From Podarcis pityusensis (lineage: Eukaryota), in assembly GCA_964106645.2 (NCBI GenBank), contig OZ067050.1: 64,000 nucleotides of DNA; one strand, written 5' to 3'. Made by a program: the position numbers and the translations under genes. Below the pieces are notes generated by a model. It was not told the DNA's origin. It saw only the letters and a list, made by a program, of their open reading frames with translations, and searched no databases. Below, piece by piece: positions 37,772-50,115 of the stretch (position 1 is the stretch's first letter; each line of letters begins with the position of its first letter).

Positions 37772-40700
37772 GCACCATATAAAATGATCAGCTGTGCCAA
37801 ACTGGCAAGCTGACGCCAATGTGGCTCTCTTCTCTTCTCAGTAACACAACTTCACATCTATAGAGTGTTTCAAGGACCTCACGTGAATGAGCTCAGTAAT
37901 CCTTGCAACACCCTAGTAAGATTGGTCAGTGCTGTTAGTCCCATAATGCAGAGGGTTGCCCATAGCTAGTTAATTAACTTTGACATCATAAATGTGAATT
38001 TCTCATTTTGGAACCAGGCGTCTCTTGGTGTTTCCACAGCATTGTAGCAATTAGCAAGGCGCTGTGGCTCAAATGAGTAAAGGCAGCCAGCTCCCTCCTG
38101 CACATTTGTAAGATAAGCCTCTGGAAGCAGATCACAGGAGATCAATTCCAGTAAGGTCTGAATCCTTCATCTCCCTTTTAGGAACCAAGCCCTGGGCCCA
38201 AGGAGTTCCCCATCTATCTACAGCTAGTGTCCCAAGCAGTATAACCAAGGTAGCACTTCGTGGTGGTGTTGTTGTAGTTGTTGTTTAAAAAAAGGTGGGC
38301 TAAGGATCAAATTAATGTTGGAGTAGATGACTCTTGGGGTCCCTTCCAACTGTACAGTTCCATGTTTCTATGTTCATTGGCCTGGAAGCCTTCCCTTCTA
38401 ATACCAAGATTAGAAGGCGCAGACTGTAGGTTCTTGGTTGTGAAGAAAAGGCGCTTGAAGCATAGGCAGAGTGGCATTCATCTTCATTATTAATTTGTAT
38501 CATGGATGGCCAATGTAGTGCTATCCAACTGATGCTGAACTCCAACTTCCATCTGCCCCAGCCAGCATGGCTAATGGTCAGGAACGATGGGAGTTATAGT
38601 TCAACATCTGGAGGGCAGCGTGTTGGCTATCCCTGACTTATATGTTGCAGGGTCAAGATTCCTATTCAAAACTGTCTCAAATAAAGCTCTGCTTCAAGGC
38701 CATCTTGAACTTCCCCTTTATTTTAGACTATTGGACCCAAATTGCAGTGACTTGATGGGGAGGGGTAATAGTAGCAGGGGTCCCCCGCATATTCTAATTC
38801 ACATGCTTGTGTGGCTGCAAATCCAGTGCTGAAAGGACAATCTGCAGTCAGCCCAGTTCAAATAGAGCCTGGTGTTTTTTCTTGCCGTTTTTACTTTTGG
38901 CAAGAGGTGGCGCGTGGAGAATAGGGGTGCAGGATTCGTGTCCAGGCCTTGATAGGAAGAAGCATCTCTCCCGCGTCTCAGATGGCTGCCCACATCTCGA
39001 TCCGCAGCTGCCGCCCCGCAACCCTGAGCTTAATGAGCCTGCAGTAGGCACAGCACTCAACCTCTCCCCCCCCCCTTTTTTTCCCTTTCCCCCTAATCAC
39101 CACCCTGAAATTCCAGGCTGCTGGCAGGCACAGCAAAAATTACTTTCTCCATTTTTTTTTTTTAAAAAGGGCAGGCGCCTGCCAAGAGAAACTCGGAATG
39201 GAGCAGAAGGCAGGGAGACTTGGGGAGCCTTAATGATGCTCCGCCAGAAATCCTGCCGGCAGCAGGGAAAGAAAGTAAAGAAACAAGCCAAGAGAGATGT
39301 TTGCAACTCCAAGCCTTGACCCGGCTAACAGCTTGCAGCTCCAAGGGTGTTAATCCCCACTCCCCAGTCTCTCAGCAGAGGAAATAGCAAGAGTTTGGAG
39401 GAGCCAGAAAGCAAGAGACAACCCTGCAACAAAACAAAGGGAGGCACTCTCCTCTGGGGGCAGATTTTGGGGCTCCCATTAAAGGTGGAAGGTAGAGCAG
39501 CCTGGCCAGCAACTTCTCCAGTGCAAACCCCACTGAATTGAGAGAGAATAGCTTTGAGTATGTGCAGGATATATTTTTTGCCTCCCTAAATCGCCAAGCA
39601 GCATGGCTGGATTTGGAATAAGCCCACGTTGAAAGTGCGATAGACACAATCTGTGCTGAAGTTATCCAGGGAGCCTTGAGAAGGAAAAGCTAGCACTTGA
39701 GCTAAGATCTCGTTAAGAATCAAGGAACCTCCAGGCCAAGTTAGTCCCTTACAGGAACTAAATGGATCTCTGCACAGCAGGGAGGCTAAACCAGCTTTAA
39801 CCCAGAAATAAAGCCTGCAGATGTTGATATTGCTGTGGCACTCCTTGCAGAGAACCATTTCCTTTAACACATTCAACCCTGCACATTTGTACTACACCAT
39901 TTCTAAAGGCAAAGGGCGGCTTGCACTTATTTCTGCCTAGATCTACAATCCCTGCCTTTTAATCCCGGCTGTATTGAGACTAGACACATTAAATGGAATT
40001 CATCCCAACTCTCATCAGCCCCAGCCAGCATGGCCAGTGATCGGGGATGATGGGAGTTGTAGTCAAATGGTTGGAGTACCACAGGTTCCCCACACCTACT
40101 ATGCAGACTTAAAAGGCACTCAGTACGCTCAGAAGGTTTCTTATTCAATGTTTTAGTGTTACATTCCTAGCTTTGGCCCTCCTGTTGCAAACATGCCAGA
40201 GGCTCAGCGCTGCTGAATCTCCCCTCAAGGTCTCATTTAAATTCTTGGTTTGTGAAGCAACAGGCACCAGGGCTCACTTTTACCTTGTCTAAGGTTTGTT
40301 AGGGACTGGCTGCCATTTCACCATGGGGAAGGAAAAGGTGTTCTACATACCCAGGACTCTCTAGCCAGCTCACAGTTGTAGAGAGAAAGTTATCAGATAA
40401 TGAGAATCCAGTGAATGCTAAGATAAATGTTACATTGCTAGATCAAATCAAGATCTACATAGCCTAGCTGTCTGTCTCTAAACAGTGGCTAGCCAGCTGC
40501 CTTTGGAAACTCTCAAGCAGGATGCAGAAGAGATCACCATTCCTCACTTGCCCTCAGCAGCTGGTAGTCAGATATGCTGACCCTGAACATGAGAGGTGCC
40601 ATTCACCAATCACAGCTCATAGCTATCCACAGATCGTCCTATATAAATTAGTATACTCCCATTTTGAATACATGTGGGTTCCCTCTTCATGCTGTGAGCA

Positions 40701-43671
40701 CCTTGTTTCCTATGCCAAGTAGGTAACACCCGCCCCAACTCAGGATAGGAGCCATTCAACTACACAGAATGAGGTGGTAAGAGTTCTGGACTGTACTACT
40801 TCAGACTGCAGGTCGAGGGGGCTGGGGGGGAAATACTCCCCCACTTAGAAAATAAGACTCCCTGCATGGAGAAAGCTAGCATGTCAATAACTTACAGTGC
40901 AGGCCTCTCCTGGCAGTGTTCCTGTTCTTCTTCCAAGGAGTTGCGTTGGTTGTCTTTGCATGGAGGAGCAATGGAAAATGAGCATCATCAGCACCTATAA
41001 ACTGAAGTGCATCTCTGGACTCTACCACCTCATTCTGCTGTGTGCTTGGAAGCCAAAAAGCCATCAACACATTCCACAACATGTCTGCTACTGATTGCAC
41101 AAACTTTAGTTTGTCCTGAATCTATAGTGTAATATAGACACTGAAAGTGTCTTTGGCCTGAACCTGGGCATAAAATGAAGCCCTGCCTAACTTGCACTGG
41201 TTCCCTACTGGGTGTCTCATCATCTCTCTCCAAATACACTCGAGAAGAGAGAGAGCACCATGTGGAAAGGGGAGGGAAGACTTGTGTTGAGTTTTCAGGA
41301 GGGTGGGAAATCAAATCTCCGAACAGCTCCGAATGACTGTCTGGAAGCTTCGAAAGCTGAGCTGGCAAGGGCAGGTGGTTGCACAGCTGCGCCATTTGGA
41401 TCATGCGCTCTCATCAATATTCATGAGGCAGCCTGGCCAATCAGGAGAGTAGCTGTCATTAGTGAGCATCTGGCTAGTGAGGAGAGGTTTATTCTGTTTT
41501 TATTTTTTGAAGTGAACTTCTTTTGACATTTTGAGAATTTTCCTCTGTAGGTTTCAAAGTCCTCTTTGCCCACCCTCCACCTGCGCATTTGGCTTGATCC
41601 CTTTTGTGGCGCACAAGGCCCAAAAGCCCCCTGCAATGTAAAGCCATAACTAAGGAGAGGCAGAGGAGATGTGAAATTTGGGGGCGGTGGTGGAGGGCCT
41701 CCAGAGGTATCGCATCTCAATTTTTTAAAGTAATAATGAGTGCCTAGTCTGATATAGCCTCAGCCGCATGACTACTTCCTACAATGCTCCACTAACTTAA
41801 GACTCTAACAGAAGACAGCAAGACTGTGCCAGAAGTACTTGTGTCAGAAGTAGCACATCAGCAACCCCCTTGCACATGACCTTGGGTTCTTTTGGCACCA
41901 GAAGGGCATGAAAAGGAGCCATGCTGCAGCAGCAACTATGCAGCTGAAATAATATAGAGGAACTTAAATAGATACATAGCACTGTACTTATTGCTCAAAG
42001 CACTTCATGTACATGATATCATTAATCCTTAGCATCCCTAGTAAGGAAGGCCAGCATTATTATCCCTATGTTACAGGCAAAGAGGGCAGGCCAGTGAATA
42101 ATACCATCTCTTAAATCTACTCGGTGAGTTCTTGACCAAGCTGAAATTTGAACTGGGGGACTTCTGTCTCTTACCTACTATGCTGTGCAGCCATGAATCA
42201 TCAAGTTGAAATAGACTAGAAGTCCATTTGGGTGTAAATCCCTACAAAACAAATTCATGTATCCAGCAACAGCCCAAACACCAACATCAACGTAATCCAA
42301 AATACCACGTGCCACAAGCAGAGGCCAAGTTCATGACAGAAAACAGCTTACTAAGCAAATTATGGCTGGTTGGGGCTGATGGGAATTGGAATTCAACAAC
42401 ATCTAGACAGCCACAGATCCCCGAAAGCTGCTACAAGATTTTTAAAAATCCCAGATTCATGACCTATCCAACTTGCCAGTAAAACCTTTTCTTACCTCCA
42501 GATATATCAGTCTTTCAGCCAAGGAAACATATCCATGCCAAGTGAAAACTAACTGACAGATCACCCCATCACCAAAACACTCTCCTGTTTGCCCCAATAT
42601 CATAAGAGACATTCCCTGTTTCTATATTCAGGGCTGCCCATTTTTTATGCCTTTCGTGAAAGGTTAACCAAAACCTTACCAGGGACACTGGAGTCTCCAA
42701 TGTCTCCTAAATAATAATAATATTTAACCTGGATTGGCTCTAACTCCTCCTATTATAACATGCCCCTAGCCAAGCACCTGAACTATCCACTGGCAATCCA
42801 TGCATAATATGATAGGTGCTACGAGTGTGGGATGAGGTTGGCAGAGGTTATTCACAAGGGAACTGCATTTTGCACAATGTTTTACCTTTGCCTCAGATTA
42901 AAGCACTGCTTGTAAGAGAAAAGGTTAAATCAAACATTCTCAGGTTGGGTAAAAAGCAAAGCACTGTAAATGGACATCGCCTGGAAATGTTATCCTTTTT
43001 TATTTTTGCAAGTATACACATTTCTGAAAATTCACATATACAGTATCTTAGAGGATGTTCTCTCTGTGCACCTGTTGCAGCAAGGGATCTCCTTCTCTGT
43101 GCTGCAATCTGTGGCTGTTGGAGAGTGTGCATGAATGAAACAAAATCCCTTCCTGCTTCATCAGTACTCAAGGGGGCAGACTCTGATAAAATGGGACAGA
43201 CAGATGCCACTGACCACCCTCACATGGATGCTCCCATGATCTCCGTGCTATAAGATCCTGCAAGAGGACGTGCCCTTCCACCACCACTTGTGAAGAGGGC
43301 CTTGCAGTTTACATCCTAAGGTCAAAATGACTGGAAAGTCAACAACTGGAGAGATGTATATCTGAACTTGGCCTGTCTGTTGATGGATGTAATCGGATAT
43401 TCCATTATTACTTTCTATACACACCATTCTATATACACCACCAGAACTTGAAAGAGAGGACACTTGCTTCTTTTGCTCTTCTGCACCCTCCTCAGTTCCA
43501 CATCTAAAAAGAAAATATGTCATAACTGGGTGGCAGACTGGGGAGTGGGAGAATGAACGATTAAAAGCAACGTATGACCAGAGCTTTTCAGGTGATAGCA
43601 GTTTTACTTGCATGTTTGTTTTACTGAGATATTTGAAGAGTGAAAGAGGTCTGAAAAACAGGTCAAAGCAC

Positions 43672-43677
43672 TTTAAT
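43672..43677 (-). terminator. Candidate SNX11 polyadenylation signal (ATTAAA)
   Basis: ATTAAA on minus strand followed by a U-rich tract (tgtttttc), about 1.1 kb after the stop. Other sites are possible. Confidence 0.35.
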
Positions 43678-44805
43678 TGAGGAGTTTCTCTGCCATTTCA
43701 AAACTCGAAGCCCACAGACTGAATCTGCAAGTTACAGCAGAAAGCACCCAGACACCAGAGTTGATGTTGGAGGGCAAGAAACTTCCTAACTTTCATTAAA
43801 AAGGGTTTTCAGAGAAGTGTATGGGTATCACCAGAAGCCTAATTTCATAGTACACCAAACTTTGGGAGGCAATGGAGACAGAGGAGAAGAAACAGCAAAA
43901 AAGAGAAAGTAAGAAATGTTTCATGCAGGCCTCCCAGCCTATTTGAGCCCATTTCTTTTAGCTCTGCATTATCTTCTACCTAAAGGAGAATGGGCAAGTC
44001 AGAGGATATCTATAAGATCTCTGGTCTGCTGTCTGTGCAACGACAATTGGAAGGAAATTATCTAATACCCTCAGAAAGATACACAGTGGTGGAGGGGTCA
44101 TCTTATTTCTAGAGCACATGATGGGTTGCATGCATCAAACACACAAGAGCATTACAGAATAACCTCCTCATTTCCCCCTCTATGTTCTTAATGCTCGCAC
44201 CCTCTAACCAGAAGAATCAGCTCTGGTGCTAATGAGCTGGCGAGGGTGCCCAGCCACTCATCCCAGCTGCATGCCGCTCCGCCAGGGAAACCCAGATGTG
44301 GGCTTGGCATCCACAGCCAGCAGGTGGGCTCTCTGGCTCTCTGTAACAAAGGAAAGTCCAACCCCAGGCGAACTGTTTTTGACACGCCTACAGGGTAACC
44401 AAAGACAGCTGGGCCTCTGCGAGAAACACTATCAGCGATGGAGAGGAGGAGGGAGAGAAAGGGAACGCAGCCAAAACAAAACCGAGCAGCTTCCTGCGTA
44501 GGATTGTTTGCCAAAATCTACAGAAGGTGGGATAAGAAGTGATAGGCTGACATGCCCTTGCTGGAAGCAAGGCAGGATCAGGCTGCAAAAACAGGAGCTA
44601 CATCATATAATTTACAGCTACTGCAGTATTCCTAGGCGTGAGCTTCAGCTTCTCGGGCGTTGGTCCAGGCTGGTCGCCCACTCAGGTCACCAGTTACAGC
44701 ATAGGAGTTGGACCCTGGAGTTTTGACAGGCAATGCAATTTCCAGGAAAGGGCTAGAGACAGAGCTCCAAGCACATCCTGTACAGAGCCCTTTTCCTTCT
44801 TGCTC

Positions 44806-44938
44806 TCACTGTTCCTTGACAAGGTCAGCTGATGCTACGGAGTCAACGGGCAGTGGCTCCTCTTCCTCAGAATCCGGGCTCTCCAACTGGCTGTCTTCCA
44901 TGCTGATGTCACTCCAATGAGGGTGAGATTCCACAGAG
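44806..44938 (-). CDS. SNX11: SNX11 last coding exon (acidic, probably disordered tail)
   Basis: Acceptor ctcttttccaaaag|; phase-2 continuation gives SSVESHPHWSDISMEDSQLESPDSEEEEPLPVDSVASADLVKEQ* (TGA 44806-44808). Total CDS 657 nt = 218 aa + stop. Weak homology, so supported mainly by splice signal, frame and composition. Confidence 0.75.
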
Positions 44939-45763
44939 CTTTTGGAAAAGAGGGTTGGGTTTCAAAACAAGTAGGTAAGAGAAAAGGAGGGTTGGGTTTC
45001 AAGAAAAAGGGGAAGGAAGGGAAGAGAGAGAATACTTTGTTGAAAATCTTTGGTTCCTTCACAGAACTATACATCCCAGAGTTCCTTGGTTTGGAATCAG
45101 ACCAAACATATTTACACCTACACTGCCAATGTATCGTTTAAGACAGAGGTGGGCAGATGGCACATCAGGATCTCCTGGGAGAGCTCTAGGTGATTTGAAG
45201 TAGGTCAGCAAGTGTTTTTGGCTTCCAATTGTTTAATAATGGCAACAACCAAATAACTCCCATCCACCACCCCAGTTATTAAGAAAACTGGAAAGAGGGC
45301 ACAAGAAATTGTGTCTGTGTGTTCCCGTTCTGGTACTGAAAACAAATTTCTGACGACAGATTAATTTAATTCCAATGGAGGTTTTTTTGTATCTGACTCT
45401 GATTGGTAGATCTTGGGGTTCTAGTAAAAACCAAAACAGATCCTGCAAGCATGACCTCTGCCCACCCCTGCTCTGAGAAATATGGTTAGGATTGTCCCAT
45501 TCCCCCTTCCCCCATGCACACAGTTGCTTAGAGAGACAAAGCACCACACTTTCAAATGGCACACCCAGGAATCCTGTGTGATATGGAAGAATGCTGCAGT
45601 TCATCTCTTGGGAAGTATGGTGTAGCTGTTTTCACTGGTCAAGAACCATAGCCAGTTTAAGACCAAAGCACCGCTGTGAATTCAGGAAGAGCAGGAGATG
45701 GAAGAACAGCACACAATTGTAGATGAGCAGGAAAATACTGTACTCAGTAACTTAAGCCTCACT

Positions 45764-45765
<2 letters not shown>

Positions 45766-45799
<34 letters not shown>
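45766..45799. repeat. (CA)n microsatellite
   Basis: Direct reading; similar tracts near 22335, 31503 and 55664. Confidence 0.95.
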
Positions 45800-45801
<2 letters not shown>

Positions 45802-46231
45802 ATTAATAACAAATTCAACAAAACTACATCTGAAAGGGGGGAAAAGTTTTCAAGACCAGAATTTAGTTCACCCCGTCCCCCTTTGTCTCAAAACTATAAC
45901 TGTTTTTTAAGATTATGGGAAATGATGAAATCCAACTACTGAAAAAGCCTGTAGTGCGGTGGTTAATTGTTTGGTGATGTCCAAGCCTTGCTTACTTGAT
46001 TAAAGAGGAGACTGATGGCACTTGATTGAGGAGGTGGAAAGCATGACGTTCCTGGAAACTCTGGCACTACTCTACTTTTTCTGCCCTGTCTCTGGTTTCC
46101 CATTCAAATACTGACCTTCCTCTTCCAATCCAGCTCTCTTTCCCCCAGATGGGAACTGTTTTCATTCTGGATTCGCTTCAGAGTTTTCAGCATCTAGTAC
46201 AAACTGCACCAACACACCCAGTTCTGATTAC

Positions 46232-46444
46232 CTGCTGCTGAAGTCCCCTTTGGCCAGCAGAGTGGAATGGCTGTCCTCCTCCTGCACCCAACCACAGTTC
46301 GACATGGCGTAATGGAGAATGGCATCTGTGACGCTCAGAGAGCCCCGACCCTGGACGCAAGCTTCAATCTCTGGTATAGAGAGCTGGCTCTGGAGGAAGA
46401 GGTGCAGCTGGCTATCCGAAAGGAGCACAACATTCTGTACCACC
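46232..46444 (-). CDS. SNX11: SNX11 exon 6 (extended PX helices)
   Basis: [70 protein letters not shown], 213 nt, ttcaag|...|gtaat. Confidence 0.97.
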
Positions 46445-46843
46445 CTTGAAAGGAAAATGGAAGGTGGTAAGTACCAAACCAAAGGGACAGCAAACAGTGC
46501 CTGGTAAACCATGCTTTCTCTACAAGAGAGCCTTCCCTAGGATGCTTTCCAGATCAAGCAGCCCTTCCTGCCCTTCTCTTCCACAATAGCCAAGTCTTAG
46601 CTTTTGGCAGGCTAGCTAAGTGAGTGAGAGATAAGCCAAATGCACACAAACCTCTGCCCTACAAAAGAGAACAATCATAGGGTTCAGTGAAGGCTGTCTA
46701 CCTCCAAGCATCTGCTGCTCAAAGTGACAACCTCTCAGCCTAATGGTCCTGTTCCGCCATCAAGTTAAGACTTCATGGGAGTTGTATTCCAGCAGCCTGG
46801 TCATGTTGTTCGGATGCCTGATTATCGTCTTCCAAAACAACTG

Positions 46844-47103
46844 CAGTGGTACCTCTAGATACGATCGGGATCTGTTCCGGAGCCCCGTTCGCATCTAGAG
46901 GTAAACGTATCTAGCAACGGCACGTCTGCGCATGCATGCATCGCTTTTCGTCGCTTCTGCGCATGCGTGTGACGTCATTTTGAGCGTCTGCGCATGCACA
47001 AGCGGCGAAACCTGGAAGTAACTCGCTCCATTACTTCCGGGTTGCCGCGGAGTGCAACTCGAATGCGCTCAACTCGAAGCGTATTTAACCCGAGGTATGA
47101 CTG
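46844..47103. mobile_element. Tc1/pogo-type MITE within the RTE
   Basis: TIRs CAGTGGTACCTC / GAGGTATGACTG; flanks TG / TA (decayed TA TSD); CpG-rich. Confidence 0.85.
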
Positions 47104-47452
47104 TACTCTATTCCCAACTTAAGAATGGAAAGCGTAATGCCGGTGGACAACAAAAGAGGTTTAAAGACTCTCTCAAGGCAAATCTCAAAAAATGCAGTAT
47201 AAACACTGACAACTGGGAAACACTGACCTGTGAGTGTTCCAATTGGAAAATAGCCTCTACCCAAAGGCGTCATGGACTTTGAAGAGGCACAAACTCAGGA
47301 TGAAAGGGAGAAATGAGCTAAGAGGAAGGCATATTTGGCAAATCCTCACCGTGATCTGCTCCCGCCCGGAAACCTATGTCCCTGCTGTGGAAGGATGTGC
47401 GGATCCAGAATTGGCCCCCACAGACACACTGTTAAGACCATATTCATGGAAG

Positions 47453-47867
47453 CAGTGGCAAAGCGTGTGCCCACGCTGCCCAGGGCAGGCGCGTGGGGTG
47501 TGGAGGGCACCCTCCCATGCAACACAGTTCAAGGTAGGAGAGGGGCAGGGAAGCTGCTACCCACTCTCTTTCTGCTCTTTGCTGCCGGGTCAGGCCTGGG
47601 TCAGATGTGACCCAGTGGGAGAACTGCTGCCGCTGGGCATGAGGTGTGCCGCAGCTGAGGAGGGTAGGTGACAGCACTGCCACCCACTTGCCTGCTCTCC
47701 TTCCCAGGTCAGGCCTGACTTGTGGGCGGAGCTGTGCCAGAGCGCAGCTCCTGGAGCAGAGCCAGGCTCCAATGAAGGAGCCTGCTGTGGGGGTGCCCGT
47801 TTGTGCCCCCTCTCAAAACTGCACCCAGGGCCACGGCACCCACAGCACTCTCCACGCTATGCCACTA
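47453..47867. mobile_element. hAT-type non-autonomous element within the RTE
   Basis: Perfect 8-bp TSD CATGGAAG (47445-47452, 47868-47875); TIRs CAGTGGCAAAGCGTG / CACGCTATGCCACTA. Confidence 0.9.
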
Positions 47868-47904
47868 CATGGAAGACAATCTTACTTGGCTGTGAGTGAT
47901 CCCA

Positions 47905-47939
47905 CAGTACAGTACAGTACAGTACAGTACAGTACAGTA
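47905..47939. repeat. (CAGTA)n pentanucleotide repeat at the RTE 3' end
   Basis: Direct reading. Confidence 0.9.
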
Positions 47940-48289
47940 GGGCTATAGGTTCCCCAACCAGATTTAACCCACTACTACTTTAAAACATGTTGGAAGTCAC
48001 TTTGGGTATTGTGTCAGGTGTTTTTTTAAGTGGAGGTATAGCGATTTAAGTAAGGTATAGCTATTTTAAAAAAATAAATAGTATAATGTTTCTCAAACTG
48101 TTATTTCCAACAAATTGCTTGAGACAGCTGGAGAATACTCAGGTTGAATGATTACATCTGCACACCATCTTTGTAGAGGCCAGGAGAAACACAACACATA
48201 ACTGCTATGTTGTATTTTCCACATACTGAAAGACGGCACCACAGAGCTGGCATGTCTAACTCTCCAAGTTTTAAAGGGCCATGAGATAT

Positions 48290-48460
48290 ACAGGAAATTG
48301 CCTTATACTAAGTCCGACCAATGGTTCAGTACTGTCCACTGACAATGGCTCTCCTGCATTCAGGTAGGAGTCTTTCCCAGGCTGACCTGGAAATAACAGG
48401 ATCTGAATCCAAGACCTGATGCGTGTGAAGCATGTACTCAACCACTGAGCTATTGCGCTT
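48290..48460 (-). mobile_element. POM/Squam2-like tRNA SINE
   Basis: Minus strand atagctcagtggttgagtacatgc head and ...tataaggcaatttcct tail. Confidence 0.7.
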
Positions 48461-49009
48461 CCCCTAACAGCAAAATAGAGCACCTTCCTTGCAGTGGGAT
48501 CAGCCAAGTGGAGGAAGGGAGGTGTTGCCCTCCCTCTGCTCACTCTGGGCTAACTGCTGCTCACTCCAACTACATTTCTAAGTCAGTCTCCACAAGTAAG
48601 AGCCGGGATAGCGAAATGAATGCATTGGACTAGGAGAAGACCTTCCACCATAAAGTCCTCTGGGTAACCCTAGGCCAAGGCACTCATCTTTCTCTGGCCT
48701 AGGCTACCTTACAGGAAACTTTCAAAGATAAAGCAGGGTGACCCCACCTTACACCCAAAGCTTCTTAACAGGAGGACAGCGTAAGAATTAAGAAAGAAGT
48801 GCAACTGAAGCTAAACGCACTTATCCCAGGCCAGAAGGGGAAAAGAAAGGGGCAGATTATGGGGAATGGAACACATTAATGTAACTGTTCATGGGAACGT
48901 TCTTTCTTATGGAGAAGCCCAACATATACCCACATTTCTGCCAAATGTATGACAGCATCCAAGCACATAACTCTGCCCTCCCCCACCTTCGTTCCTACTT
49001 TCTACTCAC

Positions 49010-49108
49010 TTCTCCAGGAACTGCTGAAGCCCTTGCCTCCGCTTCTCAATGAATTCATCAGTGCTGCCTGCAAAGAAGGTGGACTTCCCTGGAAGTTCTG
49101 GGACAGGC
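49010..49108 (-). CDS. SNX11: SNX11 exon 5 (PX domain)
   Basis: PVPELPGKSTFFAGSTDEFIEKRRQGLQQFLE(K), 99 nt, tttcag|...|gtgag, phases 2/2 match neighbours. Confidence 0.97.
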
Positions 49109-50014
49109 CTGAAAGATTGGAGAGCGGGTGTAAGAATGAAGACACTCCTGTCAAGTTGCGTGCACATTAACAGGAAAAGAGATGCTTCCAGTCTCCAAGA
49201 GCTTGTTGTGCACTATTGAAAAGGGATCCCTCTGGAAACTACTAGTTCTATCAGCTACCTCCTGCATTTTGCTCTTGTCAGAAATGAAAATGACTTCCAG
49301 CAAACTCTCACATGACTCCTTTGATTTTGGCAATGAAACTGGCAAAAGCACAGAGTGAGATGCACATCTTCCACAAGCTTGACAGGAGCTGTTATCGCAT
49401 GACGGGTCCCCTTACAAAAAACTCAGCATTTCTGCAAGGTGAAGCTGATGTCTTTGAATGGTCCTCAGCACTAAATTATCAGGCTGGATTTACAGAAAAT
49501 TTATGTAGGATCCAGGATGCTAGATCAGTATCAGAGCTGGGCTAACTTGCAAGTTAATAGATGTAACATGAACTTTGCAAAAGGTAAATTGCAAGCCTCT
49601 TCTAAGTTCTAACAAAAGAAATCAACATATAAAGCACCCTTATTCAGAGGTTAGCTATTGCTCCTTCTTGCCAGTAACATCTCTGACTGGCAGCAGCTCT
49701 CCAAAGGTGTCAGGCAGGGGATCCTTTCCCCAGCACTGTTACTCCAGATCACTTTTAACATAAGACATCAGGGAATGAACATGGGATCCTCTGCATGCAA
49801 AGCACGTGCTCTCCCAATGAGCCGCTCTTCATTAGGCAAATTTTAAAGGCTTCCATTCAAACAAATGCATTTAGAAACCTCAACTAGTTTTATTTTCAAC
49901 AGAGCTATATTGGGGCATAGGCCCTGCCTATCCTGGTGACGTTTCTCATAGGGTTAGCAGACAGGGCCTTTGTGGGTACAGCGGGCTCTGAAAAGATTGC
50001 CATTTCACACTTAC

Positions 50015-50115
50015 ACCAAGCCGGCATTTTTCTGCAGCCGTTTCCTCAGCCACACGAACTCACGGTACCGTCTGCGTACACAGGATGTCTTGGCTGTAAA
50101 GGCTTTGCTGTTGGT
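50015..50115 (-). CDS. SNX11: SNX11 exon 4 (PX domain)
   Basis: [33 protein letters not shown](V), 101 nt, contains PX RRY motif, cag|...|gtaag. Confidence 0.97.

Larger units (their letters stand above)
46797..47902 (+). mobile_element. RTE-clade LINE 3' fragment interrupted by two DNA transposons
   Basis: GHVVRMPDYRLPKQL | LYSQLKNGKRNAGGQQKRFKDSLKANLKKC continues in frame once the MITE is removed; CPCCGRMC zinc-finger-like remnant follows. Confidence 0.85.

Noticed and set aside
38807-39319. 170-aa ORF between the genes
   Set aside because: GTG start, homopolymer-derived residues and no domain; better treated as non-coding
44630-44805. Open frame continuing about 58 codons past the SNX11 TGA (possible readthrough)
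   Set aside because: Stop context TGA-GAG is not a known readthrough motif and the peptide shows no recognisable similarity to the mammalian tail
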